Part shown: one piece after another, positions 54,632 to 64,000 of the stretch | Layout: the number at the start of each line of letters is the position of its first letter | How positions within the stretch are numbered: the first letter of the stretch is position 1 | DNA from: a virus | DNA: 64,000 bases | Reading direction: 5' to 3' (one strand) | UHGV virus genome: UHGV-0375936 | Notes under the pieces: generated by a model | Database searches by the model: none | The model's input: the letters and a program-made list of their open reading frames with translations, nothing else | Told to the model about the DNA's origin: nothing | Translations under genes and position numbers: made by a program

Positions 54632-57600
54632 TTGATGAAAGCGTATCCTTACGATCCTCGGGGGACGAAAGCCGAGAATCACTTCTTAGAGGAGCGTATC
54701 ATCGGGTCAGAGAACAACAACGATCGGGTGGTGATTTTAGACCACCGCCCGTTCTTTGAAGATTTGGTCGTCAGACAACCAGGTTCAACCACCCCACTGA
54801 GTCGTGGGGTGGACTACGAACTGCAATATCAGCTGACGGAACTGGATGACTCGGTAGCAGCCAACGTGTATTGTGGGGTACACCTTATCAACCCATCCAT
54901 CAAAGGCATCGTAACCTTTGAAGGACAAATGCTCGGCGGTACGTTCTACGACCCGTTTGTTGATATTCTCGATGAACTGGTGAAATATTTGAATAACCCT
55001 GTCAGTGCTGACTGGTTGTTATTAGACGGTAGACCATCGTTATATCCAGCGACGCCAGCAGCAACGTCCTGGGCGGATTTGCTGAACAAAAAATATTTAG
55101 CGTCGGCAGTTCACGATATTGAATTGAAAACCGACGACGCTAACCAGTTAATTAAAGACAAATTAGCTGAAGTTAAAGCGTTAGTGACTGCGTTGGGTAA
55201 AGAAATCGAAGCATTTAACTACCCGGCACATATCGCGGAAACCAACCCACACAAAACCACATCCGCGCAGATTAACGCGCATCCTGTTAACTTGAAAACA
55301 CCCGACACCTTTATGGCGTACGGGTTAAAGTTGAAAGCGCTGACGGATGAGCTGAAAGCGTTTCGTTTACCCCAGTCAGTTATCGACACGTATATCTCTC
55401 ACTGGATTTCTTCGGAAGTACGTGGCGTGTTTAACTGTACGGTGTCAGGAAACCGCGCACAGTTCCGTTCGAAAAACGGTGAGTCAGAAATCATTTTTGC
55501 CAACGATGGTTTTACGTTAAAATCCAACGGTTCTGTGGTATTAGCGGTAGGGCATCTGGAAGGTACGGGTGCAGGACGTTACATTAATTGGCGTGCCGGT
55601 AAAAACACATTACGCATCGAGTCAACAGGCGATGCTTTAGGGATGAACAAACTCACCCTGAACGGTAACCCGTTACTGACTACCACGGCGTTGATGGAAT
55701 ACCAACAAGATCCAGATGCGGGTTCTGGTGGCGGTGGCGACCCTGATGACTCGAAGGTGTACATTGAAGGCCGTAATGGGATTAGCTTTACCGGTAAAGG
55801 TTCTCGCGCCGACCCTATCGTGGGGACTATCGACCCAACAAAAGCGACAACCGCCGAAAAAGGCGTCGCTAAACTTAAAACAGGTAAAGGTACAGAAACG
55901 ACTGGGGTTGCTGCAACTCCGGCTTCGTTAGCACCATACTCGACTGACCTATCGGGGTATGTGGCTAAAACGACCATGATTAACGGTAAGCCGATGAACG
56001 ACGGCTCCAGGACAATCACGAAAGCTGATCTGGGGTTAGGGCAAGCGAATAACACCGCAGACGTTGACAAACCGTTGTCTACCGAGTTAAATGCGGCGCT
56101 TAGCGGCTTAGCGGATGCAGGCCACCACCACGATTGGTCGGAACTCGGCATTTATAAAGCCTCGCAATCCGTTTACGGTATCGGTCGTTACGCAACTAAC
56201 CAGAACGGTTTGGTTGAAAACCGTGCGGTAGTACCGAACATCTTAAAAGAACTTTCGGCGCGTTTAGATGTGGTTGCTGCGGCGATTGCAAACGCGAAAG
56301 AAGGATCGGTAACGGATTTCGCTGCGGTAAAAGGCGCAGAGTGGCGCTTTAATAGTCAGGGTACGGCAATCTCCGTTCAAGATTTGAAGTATTTCTATTT
56401 GCTGAACGGTACGAAAGCTGATAGCACCGTTACAGGTTCGATTGACCTGCAAACTACGCCGATGTTTAACTGGTTCTCACCGAACAACCAAATTGAGACG
56501 ACTTGGCCTACGGGGAAAGTGAGCGCTGGTAAGGGTATTAACTGGACAGGTATTGAAGAACCACCACTAATGGGTTTCCAATCTGTTCCGGTAGGTAAAA
56601 CTGCCTCACAGATGGGTGACCAGTCAGTTGTTACTGTGTTGGCCAAAACGCGGGTAAGGGCACACCAGTCGAAGCTTTGGGTTTATGCCGCAGGGGGTGG
56701 TCCGGTTACAGTTTACATTAACGGTATCCAGGCAGCCACAGGCCAGTCTCCACTCGTTGCAGTGCATGAAACATCAGCAGACGTTGAAAACTACACCGTA
56801 GCGGTTAAAGCTGAGTGTAGCGACACAGCTAAATCCGCAGCGGTGCAATTCGAAATTTACGACGGTGACTACCCCGTTTATTTCAGTGGCCCTGAAACGC
56901 GCGTAGAGCTTCTCCAAGAGTTTGTTACAACACACGTAGGGATTCGTCATTATCTGTACGTTAACATGCTCACAAGCTCTCTGTATTCGCGTACTGAGCC
57001 AATTCAGAGTGTTGCAGTTGATCCTGAGCGCGGTTATATCGGCTACGTTGATATTGTTGCCGGTGAGTCTTACGCGAATAAGAGCGTGAGTTTTGAAACC
57101 ACGTTTGATTTCGGGAAAAGTGCCGAGGTTAGTGAACACATTGACACACGCAAAGCACACGGACTCAGCTCTGTAGACTGGACGTTAACGGATAACCCAC
57201 GTTTCCCGTTATTAAATCGTGCGATTGCAGAGCCGAGAACGTGTATTTTTAGAAAAACGTTAACGGCCGGTACTGGTGACGTTTTTCATCTCGTGAGTCG
57301 TGGTCTTTATACTTACGCACATAACCAAAACGTGAAGTCCAGTCTTCAATACGTTGTGATACCTGAAGGTGCTACACCGTATTGCTGGTTTACGCCGTTT
57401 AACCCGAAAGAAAACAACGCACCGACGTTCGAAGGTTCGTTTGTGTTCGACGTTGACGACGTCGGTGGAACACAAGCGCTCACGGCTGCACCGGATTTGG
57501 TGCTGTGTACGTCAACACAAGGTAGCAGCGTTAAACGTCGTTACGTACGTATTGACCTAACTGCCAAAGCGTGTAAGCTGGGGATTGGTTCTCGTTCAGA

Positions 57601-58816
57601 TTCTGCGGTTACGGATATCCCGTTAGTGATGGAGGAATCTGGGGAAACGGCGGTGGCGGCAACGTTTAAGGATGTGTTGTTCAACGGCGAGGAAACCAAC
57701 GCAGCGATACTCGACTTGATAGGCTGGGGTCCAAATAAAGACAAAATCTCTGCAAACCACGCGCCACGAGGTATGATTCGTTATCGTTACAACGTAAACA
57801 CTCGGGTATTACGTTTAGCACTATCGTTCTCACAGTTCGGAACGACAACAGTTAAGCACCGCCAGTTGGAAATTGAATTTCCGTTTGATTTGGTGGATTA
57901 CTTCACCGGTGACGGTGTAGGATTGTCGTTTAAAGAACTGTCTGCGAAATGCCGTGTAACGATTAGCCACGCACTGATTGATCCGGTTACGACTAAAATC
58001 GATATTGATAAGTATCATTACCTACGCTCGTTATTTGAGTCGTATTTGGATGCATCTGTTGGTTATTTGGCTGATACCAAAGACGCCGACTTTAACCAGT
58101 CTGTGATTGACCCTGCGACTTATGAGATTAATCAGAAATACCGCGTTACCGAAAGCATTGCGCTGCCGACCGGTCAGGGAAGTGTTGCTGTTTCCCATGA
58201 CGGTCAGTTACCTGCACAGTTCTTTGACCGTAAGCTGTCTCGCGGTGCTTTGATGGCCAAGAAAGGTGAACTTCATACTTCCTGGAACAATGAGTGGAGT
58301 ACATCCAAAGCTGCCGCAAACCGGTATCGACATAAACTCATTCTGCGCTTTGCACAAGGTGCTGATAAACAACAGTACCGTGTTGCAAAAGTGACAGGAA
58401 CGGTGAAGTGTAACTGGCCGGGCAAGGTGATTATCGGTGATGCTGGGAAGGACGCGTATGTATCAGCTATCGATAGCGTGCCGTTTGCGCTTTCGACCAG
58501 CGCGGACACAGGTAAAGCAGTTACCCTTACGCCAAAGGATCTACGTGTAGGGCAGGACATTTATATTGTCTTAGAACCACCAGGCAATAATCCAGAAGGC
58601 TACGAGCTTAACTTTACCTGTTCGTTAGATGTCACTGACGAGAAAGGTGTCCGTCAAGACCAGCTCAATGCGCAGAGTTTCGAACTCCGTAGCGGCGAAA
58701 GTCAGTTCTTAATGGAGAAACGCAATCCGTACCACATCACGAGTAAAGCGTGGAAGTGGATTCTGGCTGTACTGAAACGAGAACTTAACGGGAAGCAGTT
58801 AGGGGATCGTACTTAG
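54632..58816 (+). CDS. Giant tail fiber protein B (1394 aa)
   Basis: LGLGQANNTADVDKPLSTELNAAL...HHHDW; KATTAEKGVAKLKTG repeat; Gly-rich GSGGGGDPDD; AAGGAG RBS. Confidence 0.75.
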   Translation: MMKAYPYDPRGTKAENHFLEERIIGSENNNDRVVILDHRPFFEDLVVRQPGSTTPLSRGVDYELQYQLTELDDSVAANVYCGVHLINPSIKGIVTFEGQMLGGTFYDPFVDILDELVKYLNNPVSADWLLLDGRPSLYPATPAATSWADLLNKKYLASAVHDIELKTDDANQLIKDKLAEVKALVTALGKEIEAFNYPAHIAETNPHKTTSAQINAHPVNLKTPDTFMAYGLKLKALTDELKAFRLPQSVIDTYISHWISSEVRGVFNCTVSGNRAQFRSKNGESEIIFANDGFTLKSNGSVVLAVGHLEGTGAGRYINWRAGKNTLRIESTGDALGMNKLTLNGNPLLTTTALMEYQQDPDAGSGGGGDPDDSKVYIEGRNGISFTGKGSRADPIVGTIDPTKATTAEKGVAKLKTGKGTETTGVAATPASLAPYSTDLSGYVAKTTMINGKPMNDGSRTITKADLGLGQANNTADVDKPLSTELNAALSGLADAGHHHDWSELGIYKASQSVYGIGRYATNQNGLVENRAVVPNILKELSARLDVVAAAIANAKEGSVTDFAAVKGAEWRFNSQGTAISVQDLKYFYLLNGTKADSTVTGSIDLQTTPMFNWFSPNNQIETTWPTGKVSAGKGINWTGIEEPPLMGFQSVPVGKTASQMGDQSVVTVLAKTRVRAHQSKLWVYAAGGGPVTVYINGIQAATGQSPLVAVHETSADVENYTVAVKAECSDTAKSAAVQFEIYDGDYPVYFSGPETRVELLQEFVTTHVGIRHYLYVNMLTSSLYSRTEPIQSVAVDPERGYIGYVDIVAGESYANKSVSFETTFDFGKSAEVSEHIDTRKAHGLSSVDWTLTDNPRFPLLNRAIAEPRTCIFRKTLTAGTGDVFHLVSRGLYTYAHNQNVKSSLQYVVIPEGATPYCWFTPFNPKENNAPTFEGSFVFDVDDVGGTQALTAAPDLVLCTSTQGSSVKRRYVRIDLTAKACKLGIGSRSDSAVTDIPLVMEESGETAVAATFKDVLFNGEETNAAILDLIGWGPNKDKISANHAPRGMIRYRYNVNTRVLRLALSFSQFGTTTVKHRQLEIEFPFDLVDYFTGDGVGLSFKELSAKCRVTISHALIDPVTTKIDIDKYHYLRSLFESYLDASVGYLADTKDADFNQSVIDPATYEINQKYRVTESIALPTGQGSVAVSHDGQLPAQFFDRKLSRGALMAKKGELHTSWNNEWSTSKAAANRYRHKLILRFAQGADKQQYRVAKVTGTVKCNWPGKVIIGDAGKDAYVSAIDSVPFALSTSADTGKAVTLTPKDLRVGQDIYIVLEPPGNNPEGYELNFTCSLDVTDEKGVRQDQLNAQSFELRSGESQFLMEKRNPYHITSKAWKWILAVLKRELNGKQLGDRT

Positions 58817-58852
58817 GACAGACTGCCTGCGGGCAGTTGTGTGTCCGTAGGT

Positions 58853-58892
58853 AACCCCTCCCTGTAATGGGGAGGGGTATCCATTTTATTTA
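58853..58892 (+). terminator. Rho-independent terminator/attenuator between tail fiber genes
   Basis: ACCCCTCCC-tgtaatg-GGGAGGGGT hairpin followed by ATCCATTTTATTT. Confidence 0.55.
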
Positions 58893-58910
58893 AAAGTAGG
58901 AGTCTTTACG

Positions 58911-61900
58911 ATGCCGAGAGAAGACGCGGCGCAGTTTAACGGTACGCTAAGCACAACGACGTACCCTAACCGATTTAACGTGGTCATTCCGCCTGAAGGA
59001 CCTTTTTATCGTATCGGATTAAAACTCACAGTAGCCGACGATACCGCGCCTAACGGACGTCGTACTCTGATTGAGGGGTTGGACTACTATTTAGGCTATT
59101 ACTTTAAAGAACTCGCAGAAGCTGAACAAGATCAGATTTATGGCGGGTTTATGTTGCTTACTGCAACAGAAATCGAATATGAGATTTTAGGGGTAGCACG
59201 TCAATACCGTGTACCGCAATCTGAAATCGGGAAGTTCTTAGTTCGTACTGACCTGAAAGACCCACGTAACGTGGACTGGTCAGAGTTAATGGCGTATGCG
59301 CCAGTTATTCAACCTATCGATCCCCCTGCTAACTTAGAAGAAGCTATCCTGAGGGATGAGGTTGTTAAAGCGTTAAACGATATCCGTAAGAAAATCATTC
59401 AACGTTCAACAGAGTTAGATGCAGCGTTTACCGAAGTCACTAACCTGATTTACGAGAACGGTAAAAAGATTTTCGATGAAGAACTATACCAACACCACCT
59501 TAATCCTAACGCTCACCAGTATACGACCACTGATGTTGGTGCTCTTCCGGTTTTGGGACGTGCTGTTGACGCGACAAAAGCGTTTGGACTGACGATTGAC
59601 CAGCTGGCTACGCTGATGGGTTCGGCGGGTATTGAGCAATCAGACGTTGATCAGTTAATAGGTGAAGCCCTCGGCACTGTTTACGGTCGTTGGGGCAGCA
59701 CGAACGGTAACGAACTGACGTTTAAAACCGCAGGCGGACACATCATCAGTATCCGTGGTGATAAGTGGTTAATTACCTCACCGCAACCGTTGGTGATTAA
59801 AGCAGACCAGGACAACAACGAATCGGGTTTGGCGGTTGAATTTAGTGCGGGGCTGAATACGCTTTGGGTACACTCTGGGACAGAACAAGATGTATTAGCG
59901 CCGGTTTACAACTCTGTGTATTTGGTTACACCAGAAATGGTGAACATGTACCTTACGTCTGTAACGTTACTTGAAGCAAATGCCTATTTCAAACCATCAG
60001 ACACCGTAAAACCATACGGTACAGCGAAGCAGTCTAATCCGCTAACGTTGAACGCGAATATCCCCACAGCAACCGAGTCGGTTTATGGGGTGTTTTCGAT
60101 TACGAATATCGCAACCTCCGTAGCACTAGGCACTGCTATTTCCCAAAAGGCGGTGACCGAATTAAAAGACCGGTTAGACTTGTACGTTGACGATGACTAC
60201 ACGGTTAACGGTAAAGGGTTTGTTAAGACAGGCGATAAAATGGTGTTAACCTTAACGAAAACCGATTTCGGTATCGATAAGATGGATAACACCACGCCGA
60301 TCGCTAAACCGGTAACAAAAGCGTTAGCGAATGTGCTGAAAAATAAAAGTTTGAAGGTGCATACGCACACTACCGCCGATTTGGATAATGTCCCGATTGG
60401 TAGTGCGACCGTGGATGGTATCTTACAGCTGTGGGATGCGATTGATACCACGAATGATAAAGCCGTCACATCACGCCAAGGGTGGTTGTTCGCAAAAGAG
60501 ATTAAGAAGGTCTCTGATAAACTGAATACCCTCTTGCCCGCATGGACAACGTCCGGGAGCAAATACACCAATAATTCGATATTGCCGATCTTGTCGATGG
60601 GTAATTACGAAGGTTATGGTAAAAACATGGATGCGCTCCAGATGGTTATAGGGGTACAACAAGGTAAGCTTTATGCTTTAATTAGTTCTAAATCTGCCCT
60701 TCCGGGAACTGAGGGTATTTATTACGCTGTTGCTGGGTTAAAAAACGACAAAAGTCTCGGTGAAATTTACAAAACAACTTTCCGTTATAAGCCGAAAGGG
60801 TTAGAGACGAATTATCCGGGGGTGGAACTAAAAGAAATTACCGTTACTGGCACCGAAGCATTTATAGCGAAGGGCAGCGACGATAATTATTATTTAGTTA
60901 AACTGAACGGTTCAATGGATTACACCAAACATACCGATGTCAGGTTGGTAACTTTCTCAGAATTTGTTTCAGAAACAACATGGGAATTTGTGCCGAATAT
61001 GTTCATGGATCGTGTGGTCATAGCCGATAACGGCGTCTATGTTTTGCGTACGATGCTAATGGCCGATCTGAAAAACAATAGTCTGGTGGACTACATTAAG
61101 GATACTCCGCAACCTATGTTCCGTGTTGGGTTATTGCGACTTAATAAAACCGATCGGTTTGAACAGGTTGATTTAAGCTCTACACGAAAAATCGGTAAGT
61201 GTGCCGATTTGGTTGAACCTGGCGCGTTCGATGTAGATAATCCGAATACGAAGCGTCTTGCCTACTTCACTGCGGAAGGCAAAGCGTTGTGGACAGTGAA
61301 TTTACAATTAACTAGAGGGGTGTCAAGATGGATAACGCCCGTTGTTAAGGACGGTCACTTGTTAACCGTCGGCGTGTCTGGCGTTTGTCTTGGTTTTTCT
61401 TCAACGAAAGGTACCACATTCGGGCCATGGAATGGTGCTTATCGTCTCGACCTATTAACCGGGGAGGTTGGGTTAGAGACAACTAACATCTTCCCAATCA
61501 AAATCGATACTACAGGTTGCTACTTAAAAGACGGAACAAAAATAGAGCTGAAATGGAAATGGGCTACTCGAAGTTCTGGCTATATGGCCGACAATAGAAT
61601 CTGTGTCGGTGATATGGTTTATTCTTGCTGCTGTTCGACAGAAAAACAACTTGCACCGTCTCTCCATTACCAGAAACTCCCAGAAGGAGTTAGTTATCTG
61701 GACTATGTTAAGTTGAGTGCGGGGTATGAGGGGCAATCTACGTTTGAAAATCGGATAAACCCTGTGGTGGGTTCGGTGTGGAAACCGTCTATGACCTTCC
61801 CATTGTTCTTCCCAGGAACAAACAAAGTATGGCTTAAACATCAAAAAACGGCTTATTTCATTGAAGCCGAATATGATAAAGATACGACTTATGGTTATCC

Positions 61901-64000
61901 TGGATACGGCGGGTTTGGACCAACATCCCGCCGTGTTGAAAAAAAAGCGAACGAATACGGCGTATTGACAAATATACCGCTGGTTGTTACGCCAGACATA
62001 CCGAAAGGTCTACTAGATGGGGCTTACTTTATCGGTGCTGAAAGTAAACCATGTAAAGTTGTTTACGGTACCACTACGGTGGCTAGTGATCGGTTGTCTA
62101 TCGATGCGGCAGAATGGGCGAAGTTGACTAATATTGTTCAGTCCAGCCAGTTCTCTGGGGCTTCTAACGGCAACGCCTATGAGCGGATTAGCGTAGCTAA
62201 GACCAAAAAGAACAACTACAGTTTGTCCTTTTGGGTGCTTGGTCAAACGATGTCTGGTGGTCCGCTTTGTATCGCGATAGTGAGTCTTATCTATAAAGAC
62301 ACTGACGGGGTAAATAAGTTTGCTTTTTACTTCTTTCAGGTAAAACCGACTATAACCAACGGGGTCATAAGGTTCGTTAGTTCGGAAGCGAGAATGATGA
62401 CGTTCAGGGAAAAAGTGGCCAGTAACGCCATTAATCTCTCACCCACAGCTTTTAATGGTGAACTTAAACAACGCTCCGGTCAAGTTTTCCTTTATTCGCA
62501 AGACGGACAAAAGTTCAGATTCTCAATACATAACCTGGTTGGCGGGAATCTTGTAGGATCAGAGATTTCTTTTGCTTTTGGGATAAACTTGACTAAAAAA
62601 GGAGAATGGTTTACCGGCGAAATTCATCGGGCGTGGGGCTATACGTATACGCTGAATAATACATCTGAAGTCTATATACCCGATCTCTCGGGCATCGCGC
62701 TATTGACTTGTAACTCGGAAGATTTAAACGAGTTGTATCTCGGTGGCGAACAGTATAGAATCTCTGATTTGTTTAACAAAAAATATACTGTTATCGATAA
62801 GATTATTATTGGCGGCGTACAAACACAGAGCGGTTGGAATTTCTATCTGACGGAGGAAACCGAGTTAAGTTTTGGAAATAAAAGATATACCGTTCCAAGA
62901 TGGTCCGTTGATTTAAGCGATGAATTCCCGACTAATCACGCTAACCAGACATTCTACGTTTATGCTGAAGTGGTCGGTTCTACTGCCCAATACCGCATCG
63001 GTTTAGAGCAGTTAGCTGATACCTCGTCGAGACTGTTTGTTGGGACAGTAACCACTGATTCGAACCGTATTACGGATATCAGTATCGATAAAGTAAAACG
63101 GTTAGGTCGTGTAAAAGAGCTGGAAAATCATGCCTCGGTTGTTGATCAGCACGATGTGGCGCAGGCGTTCGACAGGAAAACTGGTCCACTATTAACAGTG
63201 GTTAATAAACCCGTTAAAGCCATTACAGCATCTGCGAGCAAGGGTGCTGGGTATGTCGATGGCCAGAAATGGAATACGTTGTCCGGGATTGCAACGCGGC
63301 CCAGGTTGCCGGTACAGGAAACCTATTCAGGTTATAAAAGTATCAGCAGGGTGGCGTATGAGAACTGCGCTGACCAGTTCTGGCAGAAAGCGGTTGCTGC
63401 GAACGTTGCAGCGGCTACTGCTTCTGAGAACAAACAAGCAGCAACCGCGAACATGAAGTGGTTGGGTGCGTATACGAAACCGACTACCGGCGAGTATGCA
63501 TATCTGGCATTGAGTCTGCGTGTTAAAGTACCTGGCGATCCTGGTACTACTAATCGTCGACTGAAAATCAGGCTTGCGGCCCCGACAGGTATAACTCAAG
63601 TTCGTTACGGGCTAAATCAGTCTGGCGGTACGATGACTGAACAGACAGTAACGCTAACTGCTAACAGTTACCTGGAAAAAGAACACGCGGGATTTAAGCC
63701 AGCCGCCGAAGTCCGCCTTCATGCTACGTTTGTCATTCCAAAAAATGAATACGATAGCTACCGGACCAAATTTGGTGCTGTTCAGCTGATTGACGTTGAG
63801 ACGAACACTGTCATTAAACAGACAGATATCGACACACCGTTTATCGTGTACACCGCCACAGAGCAAGCGGCACAATCTGGTTTGGTGTATAAAGCGGTTA
63901 AGAGTCAGTTTCGTCAACTCCCGGCTCAACCTGTCGTCATTGTAACTGATGGACAGACAGGGACTACACCACCGGTGAAAACCGCATATTCTGACGGCAC
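58911..64000 (+). CDS. Giant tail fiber protein C, 3'-truncated by window (more than 1690 aa)
   Basis: AGGAG before ATG 58911; frame open to window end (no ORF stop listed); N-terminal module VVIPPEGPFY...GLDYYLGY; DNTTPIAKPVTKALANVL...HTHT motif. Confidence 0.7.
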   Translation, partial: MPREDAAQFNGTLSTTTYPNRFNVVIPPEGPFYRIGLKLTVADDTAPNGRRTLIEGLDYYLGYYFKELAEAEQDQIYGGFMLLTATEIEYEILGVARQYRVPQSEIGKFLVRTDLKDPRNVDWSELMAYAPVIQPIDPPANLEEAILRDEVVKALNDIRKKIIQRSTELDAAFTEVTNLIYENGKKIFDEELYQHHLNPNAHQYTTTDVGALPVLGRAVDATKAFGLTIDQLATLMGSAGIEQSDVDQLIGEALGTVYGRWGSTNGNELTFKTAGGHIISIRGDKWLITSPQPLVIKADQDNNESGLAVEFSAGLNTLWVHSGTEQDVLAPVYNSVYLVTPEMVNMYLTSVTLLEANAYFKPSDTVKPYGTAKQSNPLTLNANIPTATESVYGVFSITNIATSVALGTAISQKAVTELKDRLDLYVDDDYTVNGKGFVKTGDKMVLTLTKTDFGIDKMDNTTPIAKPVTKALANVLKNKSLKVHTHTTADLDNVPIGSATVDGILQLWDAIDTTNDKAVTSRQGWLFAKEIKKVSDKLNTLLPAWTTSGSKYTNNSILPILSMGNYEGYGKNMDALQMVIGVQQGKLYALISSKSALPGTEGIYYAVAGLKNDKSLGEIYKTTFRYKPKGLETNYPGVELKEITVTGTEAFIAKGSDDNYYLVKLNGSMDYTKHTDVRLVTFSEFVSETTWEFVPNMFMDRVVIADNGVYVLRTMLMADLKNNSLVDYIKDTPQPMFRVGLLRLNKTDRFEQVDLSSTRKIGKCADLVEPGAFDVDNPNTKRLAYFTAEGKALWTVNLQLTRGVSRWITPVVKDGHLLTVGVSGVCLGFSSTKGTTFGPWNGAYRLDLLTGEVGLETTNIFPIKIDTTGCYLKDGTKIELKWKWATRSSGYMADNRICVGDMVYSCCCSTEKQLAPSLHYQKLPEGVSYLDYVKLSAGYEGQSTFENRINPVVGSVWKPSMTFPLFFPGTNKVWLKHQKTAYFIEAEYDKDTTYGYPGYGGFGPTSRRVEKKANEYGVLTNIPLVVTPDIPKGLLDGAYFIGAESKPCKVVYGTTTVASDRLSIDAAEWAKLTNIVQSSQFSGASNGNAYERISVAKTKKNNYSLSFWVLGQTMSGGPLCIAIVSLIYKDTDGVNKFAFYFFQVKPTITNGVIRFVSSEARMMTFREKVASNAINLSPTAFNGELKQRSGQVFLYSQDGQKFRFSIHNLVGGNLVGSEISFAFGINLTKKGEWFTGEIHRAWGYTYTLNNTSEVYIPDLSGIALLTCNSEDLNELYLGGEQYRISDLFNKKYTVIDKIIIGGVQTQSGWNFYLTEETELSFGNKRYTVPRWSVDLSDEFPTNHANQTFYVYAEVVGSTAQYRIGLEQLADTSSRLFVGTVTTDSNRITDISIDKVKRLGRVKELENHASVVDQHDVAQAFDRKTGPLLTVVNKPVKAITASASKGAGYVDGQKWNTLSGIATRPRLPVQETYSGYKSISRVAYENCADQFWQKAVAANVAAATASENKQAATANMKWLGAYTKPTTGEYAYLALSLRVKVPGDPGTTNRRLKIRLAAPTGITQVRYGLNQSGGTMTEQTVTLTANSYLEKEHAGFKPAAEVRLHATFVIPKNEYDSYRTKFGAVQLIDVETNTVIKQTDIDTPFIVYTATEQAAQSGLVYKAVKSQFRQLPAQPVVIVTDGQTGTTPPVKTAYSDG

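Noticed and set aside
50691-58560. Short minus-strand and alternate-frame ORFs inside the giant tail-fiber genes
   Set aside because: They are embedded in long ORFs with conserved tail-fiber motifs; no independent support.
1-64000. CRISPR array, integrase/att sites, IS elements
   Set aside because: No regularly spaced direct repeats with spacers, no tyrosine/serine recombinase motifs and no transposase-like ORFs seen; the recurring hairpins are terminators with T-runs.

Overview
The window reads as a contiguous segment of a virulent tailed dsDNA phage genome; no integrase, tRNA, rRNA or CRISPR array was seen. Layout: (i) a plus-strand structural operon at the left edge (2-5570) led by a large protein with a lytic transglycosylase domain; (ii) a ~41.5 kb block of tightly packed, mostly minus-strand early/accessory genes (5628-47113) punctuated by many hairpin+T-run terminators; (iii) a plus-strand late block (47534 to the right edge) with three consecutive giant tail-fiber genes, the last truncated by the window. 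Functions supported by motifs I can read directly: thymidylate synthase split by a group I intron carrying a GIY-YIG homing endonuclease, MazG-like pyrophosphohydrolase, RNase HI fusion protein, DEDDh 3'-5' exonuclease, TARG1/DarG-like macro domain, GNAT acetyltransferase, SbcC/Rad50-like ATPase, a secreted lytic transglycosylase, and a DUF1471-like host-type moron. Most other genes are hypothetical. The candidates I consider most likely to be an undescribed system are two adjacent operons, each headed by a copy of the same 25-nt motif plus leader hairpin: one encodes five tandem signal-peptide proteins, the other a four-member paralog family with variable N-termini and a shared C-terminal module; a macro-domain/GNAT/micro-membrane-protein island is a third candidate. 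All functional calls come from motif reading without database searches; start codons are approximate where the ORF track began at GTG/TTG.
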